IMG/VR virus record: IMGVR_UViG_3300008259_005066
Location: 1 to 64,000 of that record
Strand: one strand, 5' to 3'
DNA: 64,000 nucleotides
This document shows positions 17,280-26,074 of this stretch, piece by piece. The translations under genes and the position numbers were made by a program. The stretch's first letter is position 1. Every line of letters begins with the position of its first letter. The notes below the pieces were generated by a model, which did not search any database, was not told the DNA's origin, and saw only the letters and a program-made list of their open reading frames with translations.

Positions 17280-17893
17280 AGTGCAGACACTCTGTGTAAC
17301 CAATGATCAGCGGCTGCCACATGCGCTGCCTCCAGTGGATGCCAACCTGGGCTCTCGGCAAAGCCACGACCTCGGCTCCATTCGAGGAATGTCTGTCCAT
17401 CAAAATCCTGGAGATGTTGGTGTATTTTGCTTTGTAAAACCTGCACATAATCCGGAGCATGCCATTGTTGATCCAACAGCAATCGATCCATGTAAGTCAT
17501 CACACATCGATGACCTTGCATCATGTCGCACGCATGTGATACATAGATCAAATTCCGGAACTTGTCTGACAGTTCACCGTGGAAATGTCTATAGTAAAGA
17601 TCGTCATTTGGTGAATCATCCAATGCGGGCCGTATGGTATGCCACTGGGCGTCTTGGCTGTGGACATAATCAAAACGATCAATCCAGGTCCAGTTGACGA
17701 GATAGGTGGCCCGGGGCCCAAAACGATCCAGCGCCTCAATCACTTGTTGTAGTATGCGGAGATTGCCCACGCCAGGTTGGGCTAGACAATGATACTCTGA
17801 GTCCAGTCTCTGCGCGACCAGCGCGGGCCATGTGCTGTTTGCATCTTGTAGATCGCTACCGTAGAAAAAACTGTCGCCACAACTCACTATCAT
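17276..17893 (-). CDS. SGNH/GDSL-like hydrolase
   Basis: CGDSF block I, PGVGN and a C-terminal HP; paralog of 34680..35375. Confidence 0.65.
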   Translation of the reverse strand: MIVSCGDSFFYGSDLQDANSTWPALVAQRLDSEYHCLAQPGVGNLRILQQVIEALDRFGPRATYLVNWTWIDRFDYVHSQDAQWHTIRPALDDSPNDDLYYRHFHGELSDKFRNLIYVSHACDMMQGHRCVMTYMDRLLLDQQWHAPDYVQVLQSKIHQHLQDFDGQTFLEWSRGRGFAESPGWHPLEAAHVAAADHWLHRVSAL

Positions 17894-17909
17894 AGGAGTA
17901 TGTAGCAGC

Positions 17910-18443
17910 TTATATCAGACCGGCAGCACTTTGTAAGGTTCTGATATCTGCTTCGCGTTCATAGATCTGCCGCACAGGCAAGCCAGATGCAGAACGCATT
18001 TCGTTGAGATCGCTCTCCACACGACGGCGATACTCTTTGGGACTGGTAGGCACAGTGGCGTTGAATGCTTCCACTGACCATGGTTGATCTTTGCCTCTGT
18101 AGACCAAGGTCCATTTGGAACTGTCTTCGTATTCTGTGAGCGTGGAAAAATCGCTGAGTATTTCTTCCAGTTTGTCTGCTACATTGGATCGGCGTTTCAT
18201 TTCTGTGTAGACCAGATATCGATTGGGTCGGATCTCGCCGGGACTGGTATCTGCATCAATCACTGCATCGTAGCCCTTTTCCAACCAGTTCACTATGTCC
18301 TTGGCGGCTTGGCGATCGCGCACGAAAAATGATGCTACCAAGATCTCGTCATCATCACCCATCTTGGATGAGAACTCATCGATGTGTATGGTGGGCTTCA
18401 TCATGCCTACCAAGTCTTTGAAATTAAGTCCTTCAGACAACAT
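17910..18443 (-). CDS. Hypothetical protein, possibly prohead-associated
   Basis: Start at MLSEGL overlaps the upstream stop; C-terminal LNEMRSASGL / LQSAAGL motifs. Confidence 0.65.
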   Translation of the reverse strand: MLSEGLNFKDLVGMMKPTIHIDEFSSKMGDDDEILVASFFVRDRQAAKDIVNWLEKGYDAVIDADTSPGEIRPNRYLVYTEMKRRSNVADKLEEILSDFSTLTEYEDSSKWTLVYRGKDQPWSVEAFNATVPTSPKEYRRRVESDLNEMRSASGLPVRQIYEREADIRTLQSAAGLI

Positions 18444-19017
18444 TGGGGATTCCTCCAGATGGTGCCAACGTGGCCTGGGCCTGCTGTACGGCACCTTGGT
18501 CTTGATATTGTTCCTGATCTAGATCCTGCTCATAGGCTTGATCCAGTTCTTCTAGGTCTATGGTCTCATCTTCCAGTTCCACGGCACCGGTGCGGATGTC
18601 ATTCATGAGATTCTTGGGCATGACGATTTCTACCAACCATACGGGTTTGTCTATGAGTTTGGCTTTGTGTGTGCCAGGACGGAAATCCGTGGGTTTTTCG
18701 ATCTTCTTGGGCACTTTCATGCGGGTCTTTTTGAAGCGCACTTCGCAGTCAAAGGGCAACAATCTACGGGCACCGCGTGGGTCTGGCATGAGTTCCCCGG
18801 GCCACATGAATATGCAACCTACTTTGTATTTGCCAATGTCGGGTCCTGACACTAACTCGCCCAACTGCCAGTTTTTAAAGGCATAGATATCCAGTTCGTC
18901 TAACACACGCTCAAAATCCAGCAATGTGCTGAGGCTGCCGTCACTGAGATAGATGTCGCGGATGTTGTCGGCTATGAGCCAATAGTCTTGATCGTTTTTG
19001 AAGATATTGCTGTCCAT
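18433..19017 (-). CDS. Hypothetical phage protein
   Basis: Start MDSNIF lies just downstream of TAAATA (19025-19030); acidic C-terminus. Confidence 0.7.
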   Translation of the reverse strand: MDSNIFKNDQDYWLIADNIRDIYLSDGSLSTLLDFERVLDELDIYAFKNWQLGELVSGPDIGKYKVGCIFMWPGELMPDPRGARRLLPFDCEVRFKKTRMKVPKKIEKPTDFRPGTHKAKLIDKPVWLVEIVMPKNLMNDIRTGAVELEDETIDLEELDQAYEQDLDQEQYQDQGAVQQAQATLAPSGGIPNVV

Positions 19018-19186
19018 GGTCAAGTATTTATGGTCAGCGATAGTTTGCTGTTTTTTGCCTGGCAGGCATGGGCAAAGCCTAATATTTAGTGGGCTGATCT
19101 TGGAATTCTGTCCTGTGTTATGACTCAAGTTAATGACCTAAATATTCATGTGAGGTAGCGCACAAATGTTCAAAGGAGAATTGACA

Positions 19187-19918
19187 TTGAGTAGAGCAAG
19201 AGGGGCCAAAGCCCAACGACGTATTCACACACAGCAAGAAAACACCATCAACTTTAACCAAGCACTCCGACAAACCAGGCACATAGATCTAGTGCCAAAA
19301 ACCCGCAATCAAGAACATCTCATTTTAACCCTGTTAGATCCCAGCCAACACATAGTGGTGGCTGTAGGTCCTGCTGGAACGGGCAAGACCTATTTGGCCA
19401 TGCAAGCGGCCATCAAGGCTCTCAAAGCCGGGCAATGTGAAAGGATAGTTCTAACCCGTCCTGCGATAGGAGTAGAGGATGAGCGACATGGATTCCTGCC
19501 CGGCGATCTGATATCAAAGATGGAACCGTGGACCAGGCCACTGCTGGATGTGTTGCGTGAATACTACAGACCACAAGACATTGTCAAGATGATGGACGAC
19601 CAGATCATAGAAATCTCACCCTTGGCTTTCATGCGAGGCAGGACTTTCAAATCCAGTTGGATCATCGCTGACGAGATGCAGAATGCCACTCCGGGACAGA
19701 TGAAAATGCTTTTGAGCCGCATTGGCAGCGGTTCAAAAATCGTAGTTACCGGGGACGTTGAACAGACCGACCGCACCAAGCGAGACAATGGCCTACTAGA
19801 TCTCTGCGAGAGACTGAAATCTCAATCAGGAAATGGCCTAGCAGTATGCACCTTAGGAAAACGGGATATACAACGTCACCCCATCATTGACACAGTGCTA
19901 GGACTCTATGCTGAATAA
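19187..19918 (+). CDS. phoH: PhoH-like ATPase
   Basis: GPAGTGKT, LTRP, GFLPGD, RGRTF, DEMQN and GDVEQTD. A TTG start after AAGGAG is preferred to 19166. Confidence 0.95.
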   Translation: MSRARGAKAQRRIHTQQENTINFNQALRQTRHIDLVPKTRNQEHLILTLLDPSQHIVVAVGPAGTGKTYLAMQAAIKALKAGQCERIVLTRPAIGVEDERHGFLPGDLISKMEPWTRPLLDVLREYYRPQDIVKMMDDQIIEISPLAFMRGRTFKSSWIIADEMQNATPGQMKMLLSRIGSGSKIVVTGDVEQTDRTKRDNGLLDLCERLKSQSGNGLAVCTLGKRDIQRHPIIDTVLGLYAE

Positions 19919-20523
19919 GAGGATCCTGTGACTTGACGGAAAATGTCCGCCCAGTTCTTGCATATTGTAATATCTGGGTGGTCATATCCCATGTTGTGCC
20001 CATGCTCTAGGAGGATGGGTTTGAGCCCTTGTTGCCAGCCTGCTAGAGCATTTTCGGGCTTGTCTTCGACCCACCAACATCCAGTGCCTTCGTATTCCTG
20101 CAAGATTTCGTCTTTATGGGCACCGGTATCCAAACACACGATGCGTTCAAATACTGTGGCACCATAGATTTTTTGCAGATTCATTTCACGCAGTTTCTGT
20201 GCGTTCTCATCTCGACTGAGACTGGTAATACAGTGGAATCTGAAACCATACTCCTCGTGCAGACGTTTGACATAGTAGACCGAATCTCTCAAGGCCGGAA
20301 GGAATCCGATAGAAGCGGATTCATTGAATATCTTTATGAGTTTGCGTATCTGTTCTTTGGACGTGCCGTAGCGTATGCCCATGTCGTAGTGCAGTTTTGC
20401 ATCGGGCTGTTCTACGAACCCGTGCTGTTGCACCCACACATTGAACGCCCACTCCCAATCCAGGAGCACTCCATCACAATCAGTTAGGATCAGTCGATCC
20501 AGGTTCCGCAGTTTTGATCTCAT
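19906..20523 (-). CDS. HAD 5'(3')-deoxyribonucleotidase-like protein
   Basis: LTDCDGVLLDW motif I; WVEDKPEN motif IV. Confidence 0.8.
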   Translation of the reverse strand: MRSKLRNLDRLILTDCDGVLLDWEWAFNVWVQQHGFVEQPDAKLHYDMGIRYGTSKEQIRKLIKIFNESASIGFLPALRDSVYYVKRLHEEYGFRFHCITSLSRDENAQKLREMNLQKIYGATVFERIVCLDTGAHKDEILQEYEGTGCWWVEDKPENALAGWQQGLKPILLEHGHNMGYDHPDITICKNWADIFRQVTGSSYSA

Positions 20524-20770
20524 AACCGTTTTCGTTGAATAGTCTTTCGATGATGTTGGGGTAATGTTGATGATAGAATGCAACGATACGATCGAAATCT
20601 TTGGGCACTGACTGACCATCCAGCGTGGCTTTTAAAACTTTACATTCTTTGAAATCTAAAATCACCGCGGCTGATTGCCAGTCGCGCATCTTGACCTTTT
20701 TGCTTACCGTGGTGGCTTCGTCCAATTTGCCATTGGGTTTGCGGTAGTAATTGATGATGAGATATCTCAT
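20480..20770 (-). CDS. Hypothetical protein
   Basis: ATGA-coupled to the clamp loader gene. Confidence 0.6.
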   Translation of the reverse strand: MRYLIINYYRKPNGKLDEATTVSKKVKMRDWQSAAVILDFKECKVLKATLDGQSVPKDFDRIVAFYHQHYPNIIERLFNENGYEIKTAEPGSTDPN

Positions 20771-21687
20771 CTGAGTCCCGCTAGTTCGATCATGGTAGCG
20801 GCAAGATTGATCTCCTGATCTGCTACCATGGGTATGTTGGCTATACCATTGCGTATGATCACTATGGCTTGATCTTGTTTGTGGACATCAGTGTGCCAAA
20901 GATCTAAATTGTCATACATCCAACGGAACACGTCTTCCATTTCCTCAGGCCTGGCTGACTGACACAACAGCACACGGGCTTCTCGGATGCGACCTTGTTT
21001 AAACAGATCTACGACATCCAGTTTCCACTCTCGTGTGCCACCTTCGTCACCGTGTGGACGTTCTAGTTTGCCACCTGTGGAATTCATTTGGCACATGTTC
21101 AAACACTTACGCAAATCCGGATAAGTGGCTTTGACATAGGTATCTAGAGTATCAAGATCAAACTCCACACTTTCTGTTACCAGAACAGTAGCCATGCGAG
21201 CAGTAAACTCAGTGACGTCAACCCGCTCGATATGAAATCCTTGGCATCTACTGTGCAGAGCAGGAATAACGCGGTTAGGATAGTTACAAGTAAGTATGAA
21301 CCGAGCACTAGCATGATAAGTCTCCATAACACCACGCAGTGCGGCCTGACCGTTGGGCGATATGTAATCTGCCTCGTCTAGTAGCACCACTTTAAATACG
21401 CCATAAGGCATGGTTTGCACAAAGCCAGTGATCTTGTCTCGGATGGTGTCCACTGAGTTTTCGCGGCTGGCGTTGATTTCTAATATATCATAGTCATCAA
21501 TCTTTAGTTCATTGATCAGTATCTTGGCCAAGGTAGTCTTGCCCACACCTGGGGCGCCCGAAAATAGCAGATGTGGAATAGCCCCACTTTTGACCCAGCC
21601 TTCTACCTGTTGCCGTTGTGCGTCATCGCGGAACACATAATCTTTGAGTTCACGTGGGCGATATTTTTCTGTCCATAGTTCTTTCAT
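20767..21687 (-). CDS. Sliding-clamp loader AAA+ subunit (gp44/RFC-like)
   Basis: WTEKYRP, GAPGVGKTT, LDEAD, QAALR, ALHSRC (SRC) and DLRK. Confidence 0.95.
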   Translation of the reverse strand: MKELWTEKYRPRELKDYVFRDDAQRQQVEGWVKSGAIPHLLFSGAPGVGKTTLAKILINELKIDDYDILEINASRENSVDTIRDKITGFVQTMPYGVFKVVLLDEADYISPNGQAALRGVMETYHASARFILTCNYPNRVIPALHSRCQGFHIERVDVTEFTARMATVLVTESVEFDLDTLDTYVKATYPDLRKCLNMCQMNSTGGKLERPHGDEGGTREWKLDVVDLFKQGRIREARVLLCQSARPEEMEDVFRWMYDNLDLWHTDVHKQDQAIVIIRNGIANIPMVADQEINLAATMIELAGLR

Positions 21688-21799
21688 TTTTTATTACCAA
21701 TCCGACGTTTTGTATAATCACACATTTTATGATAACCCATGTTGTAACAGGCACAGTGTTGTCCCAATATCCATCGAGCCAATGCCATCCTCAATCGTT

Positions 21800-22003
21800 T
21801 CATTCGCCTTTTCCTGTTGTGCAACTATCGCCCCATGTTTCCTGGGCTTGTTTTTTGTATTGTTCAAATTCCCACTCGCTTAGTTTAACACGATAAGCAT
21901 CTTCTGTCAAGGCATGCCACCCACAGCATTTGCCAGTTGGACTACGCCCACAACCACACTTACCAAATTCTTCAGGATTTTGTTTAACTCTTATTTGCAT
22001 CAT
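21800..22003 (-). CDS. CDGSH-type Fe-S/zinc-finger protein
   Basis: CGCGRSPTGKCCGWH resembles CxCxxS...CDGSH. Confidence 0.6.
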   Translation of the reverse strand: MMQIRVKQNPEEFGKCGCGRSPTGKCCGWHALTEDAYRVKLSEWEFEQYKKQAQETWGDSCTTGKGE

Positions 22004-22205
22004 CGTCCTTTCTATATGCTTTGGGATTGGGCAAGCCGCTGTAATGGTCCCATCCATCATCTAAGTCGTAATATTCGTCTCGCAGGAAGGCTTCGGCCTG
22101 CAGTTCACCTTCGGTCTTTTTGGGTTTTTTAAAAATCTGATCCCAATTGGAATCAAAGGTTGATTGATCAACTGAAAACGGTCTTGGCGTGCTACCTTTG
22201 CCCAT
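21984..22205 (-). CDS. Hypothetical protein
   Basis: MGKGSTPRP... ORF in an operon. Confidence 0.5.
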   Translation of the reverse strand: MGKGSTPRPFSVDQSTFDSNWDQIFKKPKKTEGELQAEAFLRDEYYDLDDGWDHYSGLPNPKAYRKDDDANKS

Positions 22206-22434
22206 GCTGTTCTTTCTTGCTCAATACCTCTACCATGCGTATCTTTTCCCATGTTTCTTCGTCGCCGAATCTAGGGAGATCCTGATAGAGATCTTCCAGC
22301 ATGCATTTGAGTTGATAGAGTTCTAGTTTGAGATATGCTGAAGTGAATCCATCGTTGTAAGGACTGCGTATTTCGGTCGCGGCCTTCCTTATGGCCATTT
22401 CAGCACCGTGTAAATCAGGTTTTTGGAAACCCAT
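22192..22434 (-). CDS. Hypothetical protein
   Basis: Translationally coupled to groES. Confidence 0.55.
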   Translation of the reverse strand: MGFQKPDLHGAEMAIRKAATEIRSPYNDGFTSAYLKLELYQLKCMLEDLYQDLPRFGDEETWEKIRMVEVLSKKEQHGQR

Positions 22435-22805
22435 CAGGTCCCTGACACTGCCTCAGATATGGTATCATCAGATCCTGGATGCTCGTCGCTGATCAACAAG
22501 ATATCCTTGGGATCTACCTTGCGTATGGTCTTTACGCCGCTGTCATCTTCTATCTCTAGTCCGCGTGTCCAACGACCATGGGCCACGCAGATCCACTGTC
22601 CTGGGCGAACATCCTGCTGTTCGGGTCCCACTTCATAGACCTGACCCCAGCGTGGTCGGATGCCGTTGGCTTTGCCGTTGTCGTTCATGAGGATGATACC
22701 CGAACTGAGTTGTCGTCCTTTGAACTCCATGTCTGACACTATCACAGCGTCATGCAACGCTTTCAATTTGTGTATACGATGCGGAGCAAAAGCGGCTCTG
22801 GTCAT
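22434..22805 (-). CDS. groES: GroES-like co-chaperonin
   Basis: LKALHDAVIV, SSGIIL mobile loop, GQVYEVGP and DILLI pattern. Confidence 0.8.
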   Translation of the reverse strand: MTRAAFAPHRIHKLKALHDAVIVSDMEFKGRQLSSGIILMNDNGKANGIRPRWGQVYEVGPEQQDVRPGQWICVAHGRWTRGLEIEDDSGVKTIRKVDPKDILLISDEHPGSDDTISEAVSGT

Positions 22806-23260
22806 ATTTTCTGCACTCCTGGTGTGTCTTGTCGTTGTTGTCGAGGTGATTTCAATGGTTCTTGTTTGATCGAGCGTGCTTTGGCTATAGCGGCTGCCAA
22901 TCCACCTTCTGGTATTGGCGATGGCGAGGCAGCTGATGTGGGAGATTCCACCACGGGTTCGGCCACGGTTTCCGCAATGGGTTGATCCTGGATCACTGTG
23001 TCATTTACCACTTCGTCGGCCTGCATCTCGTCTTGGCGTGATTTGGTTTTGCGCTGGTCGCTGACATTGGTGGTCTGGCGGGCATACTGCCGTCCCACAC
23101 GTTGATTGCGCGAATCGATGGAACGATTCTGTCCATCTACCCTGTCACCACGAGCGTTCACGCCCATGTTGCCCACGGCACGCACTGTTTCATTTTGTAA
23201 GATCAGGCTGCCAAGATCCACTGTCTTGCCTTGCGCTGTCCTATATACTTTTTTGGTCAT
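22802..23260 (-). CDS. Hypothetical protein
   Basis: ORF with AGGA RBS and upstream TAAATA. Confidence 0.65.
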   Translation of the reverse strand: MTKKVYRTAQGKTVDLGSLILQNETVRAVGNMGVNARGDRVDGQNRSIDSRNQRVGRQYARQTTNVSDQRKTKSRQDEMQADEVVNDTVIQDQPIAETVAEPVVESPTSAASPSPIPEGGLAAAIAKARSIKQEPLKSPRQQRQDTPGVQKI

Positions 23261-23286
23261 TTTTCCTACTCCTGGTAATAGTGTAT

Positions 23287-23808
23287 TTAACGGAGGAATT
23301 CTACAGGATCTAAATCATAGAACATCGAATCAATCCTATGCACGCCCAGTAGATACAGCACATAACTGGCCACGCTGGATCCTCGACCCACTCCCCAAAT
23401 AACATTGTTTTGTCGCATGACATCCACGAGATATTTGAGATATCGCAAGAGATCAAATAGTTCACGTTCCTGGAACATCAGCAGTTCCGCACCAGCCCTT
23501 TGCAGTTGTTCCGGTGTGTCACACAACGACAGCACATGCTGGGCTATGTCCAGTTGCTGATATTCGTCGGGCATGAACCAATGGCCTTGCCTGACACGAT
23601 CAAACTCCGGCACAGCGATGTCGGATGCTTCAGGGAATCCCCAAGTCAACAAACTCTTGGGATCGTCCAGCATGACAGCCACTTGCTCTATGTTCACACT
23701 GGGGTCCACTGTCACATGTGACATGTTAGCGACATCACGGCCTTGCATGAGCAGATCGCAGAGATCTGGTTCACCCAGTATGATTTCACCAAATTTATTT
23801 GTCTTCAT
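23287..23808 (-). CDS. Stand-alone fragment of DNA polymerase III alpha (C-family)
   Basis: WGVGRGSSVASYVLYLLGVHRIDS matches the DnaE GxGRGS region; only 173 aa. Confidence 0.75.
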   Translation of the reverse strand: MKTNKFGEIILGEPDLCDLLMQGRDVANMSHVTVDPSVNIEQVAVMLDDPKSLLTWGFPEASDIAVPEFDRVRQGHWFMPDEYQQLDIAQHVLSLCDTPEQLQRAGAELLMFQERELFDLLRYLKYLVDVMRQNNVIWGVGRGSSVASYVLYLLGVHRIDSMFYDLDPVEFLR

Positions 23809-24385
23809 CTTTGCGGAATGCTACCACGTTGGATTTCACATCGTCGTCATCTTGCGTCCAGTGCAGATCCAGGCTTTTCCAAGTCTGGCTGGCACCAATA
23901 TCTACCACTTTGCCTGCAGTGGGCCTAGCATCACTGCACACAGGTTCGGGATTCTGCCACCAACCGGGCTGGGCCAATGGCCCTAGAGATTCCATGTTGT
24001 TTTGATAATAGATCACATTTTCTCCCAATTCCGAACTCAGAGACAGTTGCATGACCGATATGCGACCTTCCATCACTGCTTCTAATTTAGAGTATAACAT
24101 CATGCCTATCACTTGGTCAACTGGAGGTGCGGGCAACGGCACAGTCCTCAGGCCTGCCGCTTCCAAGCGTTTTATGGTGGCTTTTTCTCGGGCATCAATG
24201 AACACCGAATTCTGCATGGCCTGGAACAGGATCCATTTCAAGCGTTCCAGGGCCACGTTTTGCTCTACCGCATCATTGGTGCCAGTGATCATCTCACAGC
24301 GCACGGTGTAGCAATTCATCAGCACTGAGTCCTCCCAATGGGCGGCAGCCAGGAACTCAGCAGGGTATTCTATACGGACATTCAT
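23795..24385 (-). CDS. Hypothetical protein
   Basis: Coupled ORF in an operon. Confidence 0.65.
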   Translation of the reverse strand: MNVRIEYPAEFLAAAHWEDSVLMNCYTVRCEMITGTNDAVEQNVALERLKWILFQAMQNSVFIDAREKATIKRLEAAGLRTVPLPAPPVDQVIGMMLYSKLEAVMEGRISVMQLSLSSELGENVIYYQNNMESLGPLAQPGWWQNPEPVCSDARPTAGKVVDIGASQTWKSLDLHWTQDDDDVKSNVVAFRKDEDK

Positions 24386-24624
24386 CAGTGGTTGGAAATG
24401 TTTATCTTGTCGTCGAAATTTTTCTGTGCTTCTTGATATTGTTTATCTTGTATCTGTCGAGCGCGGTTGGTATAACTTTCTATGGCCATGCGCAGTTGAT
24501 CGCACAGGTAACCATTGCCAGATCTCGCCGCCACACCCAACTTGCGATGCAGTTCATTGATCTTTTCGTGCAGTTGTTCCAAGGTGAGTTCTCCGAGATC
24601 ACCGATCAAAGGATGTTCCATCAC
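24385..24624 (-). CDS. Hypothetical coiled-coil protein
   Basis: Coupled ORF. Confidence 0.6.
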   Translation of the reverse strand: MMEHPLIGDLGELTLEQLHEKINELHRKLGVAARSGNGYLCDQLRMAIESYTNRARQIQDKQYQEAQKNFDDKINISNH

Positions 24625-25061
24625 AGATCTCCCGGCAGGCGATGCTCGCTGTGATAAGGGTCGAATGTGCCTCCAGGATATCGGCTCTGGAGTTTGCGCA
24701 CATTCTCAGCGATGACTTCATTGGGATCGAGATCCAGTGCCCTACAGGCATTGATCCAATACCACATGATGTCGCCCAATTCGCGTTTCATATGGAAAAC
24801 TGCTTCTTCGTTGAGTGCTTTGTTCTGGAAGAAGATCTTTTTGGGGATCTCGCAGAACTCACCGGTCTCGGCCGCCATGCCCAAGGCCGCGGTCAGCAAC
24901 AATGGCACATTGATGTCGGGTCCGTGGCGCATCTCACCATCAAACAGTTCATAATTGGCATCGAGTCGATCCAGGGTATTCATGAACGTGGTAAGGTCAT
25001 TGCTGGCACCGCTGGTGACCTTTTGGACGAATTCGCTGTAACGATTGAGATCTATGGGCAT
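24621..25061 (-). CDS. mazG: MazG-like NTP pyrophosphohydrolase
   Basis: GMAAETGEF...KRELGDIMWY...NVRKLQSRYP. Confidence 0.85.
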   Translation of the reverse strand: MPIDLNRYSEFVQKVTSGASNDLTTFMNTLDRLDANYELFDGEMRHGPDINVPLLLTAALGMAAETGEFCEIPKKIFFQNKALNEEAVFHMKRELGDIMWYWINACRALDLDPNEVIAENVRKLQSRYPGGTFDPYHSEHRLPGDL

Positions 25062-25069
25062 AAATGAAA

Positions 25070-25100
25070 ACTCCTCTATGCTAGTGTAACATAGAGGAGC
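25070..25100 (-). terminator. 10-bp hairpin overlapping a -10 box and the mazG RBS
   Basis: CTCCTCTATG-N9-CATAGAGGAG followed by TTTT on the minus strand. Confidence 0.55.
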
Positions 25101-25111
25101 GGGTGTGTCAA
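25083..25111 (-). promoter_or_regulatory. Sigma70-type promoter of the mazG operon
   Basis: TTGACA-17-TACACT. Confidence 0.65.
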
Positions 25112-25122
25112 TGACGTTTGGA

Positions 25123-26016
25123 TCAACTGAAAGTGACGCCGTTGTTACCGATCACGAACCATTTGGAGTTCACATACTGCATGGTGCAGGCCGAACCCAC
25201 CGCAGAAAGGTTAGCGATGTTGGATCCGCCCCAGGCCGCATTGGCCACGGTGATTCGGGTGTTTCCGGCAGCGGCATTGCCATAGGCCAAGATCTTGATC
25301 TGTCCCGTGGTGCCGGCATTGAGGTTGCCCGTCCTGTTGGCGTTGGAAGTGAACACCGTGGTGGAATTGGTCAGGCTCACGTTGCCGTTGGCCGCGAATG
25401 ATTCGGGCACTTGCAGGAACAAAGGATTCATGAATTGGTTGCGTGGTCTATCTAGATCTTCTACATCCACCGAAGAACCACCGTCGCTGGTAGAAAACTT
25501 CAGACTATAGGTGCCGCTTTGATTGAAAGTGACCACGTTGTTGGCATCTGCGCCTTGTATGTTGGTGTTGCCGATGGAAACTGAACTAGGTAGTGTCACA
25601 GCATTGCCAGCATTGGCCACGATCAACTGCACGGTCCATTCTGCGTAGTTGCCTGCGCTGGGAATGTTGGTAAATGCTAGATTGATGTTGCCGTTTTGAT
25701 TGATGCGATAATAACTGCCGGCGGCGAAGTCCACAGTGATGTTGCCCGATGTGGCCGTGGGCGCGATGCGTGTGTAACGAACGCCACGCATGGTAGGTGC
25801 CACCAGGGCCGCTCCAGCCATGTTGTTGTCTAGGGTGGTGCCTGTGAGCGCGGCTTTGAGCAGGACCTTGCTCTGCAGGTCGTCAATTTCTTGTTCGGCG
25901 AACTCAAAGTTGGTCTTGATGTTGGTAAAGTTATCGCGGAAACCCTGCGAATCGTTGTCCTGACCAGCGATGGGATACGCTGTGTCAATGTTGTTTGGGT
26001 TGATGTTTGATGCCAT
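25123..26016 (-). CDS. Virion structural protein (tail/baseplate region)
   Basis: N-terminal YPIAGQDNDSQGFRDNF plus coiled coil, N/G/T-rich beta body, late promoter. Confidence 0.65.
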   Translation of the reverse strand: MASNINPNNIDTAYPIAGQDNDSQGFRDNFTNIKTNFEFAEQEIDDLQSKVLLKAALTGTTLDNNMAGAALVAPTMRGVRYTRIAPTATSGNITVDFAAGSYYRINQNGNINLAFTNIPSAGNYAEWTVQLIVANAGNAVTLPSSVSIGNTNIQGADANNVVTFNQSGTYSLKFSTSDGGSSVDVEDLDRPRNQFMNPLFLQVPESFAANGNVSLTNSTTVFTSNANRTGNLNAGTTGQIKILAYGNAAAGNTRITVANAAWGGSNIANLSAVGSACTMQYVNSKWFVIGNNGVTFS

Positions 26017-26074
26017 CTTTATATTCCTAGTTTATGGATATATTTAGCCGGATTGGCGCAGTCATTGAAAAACG

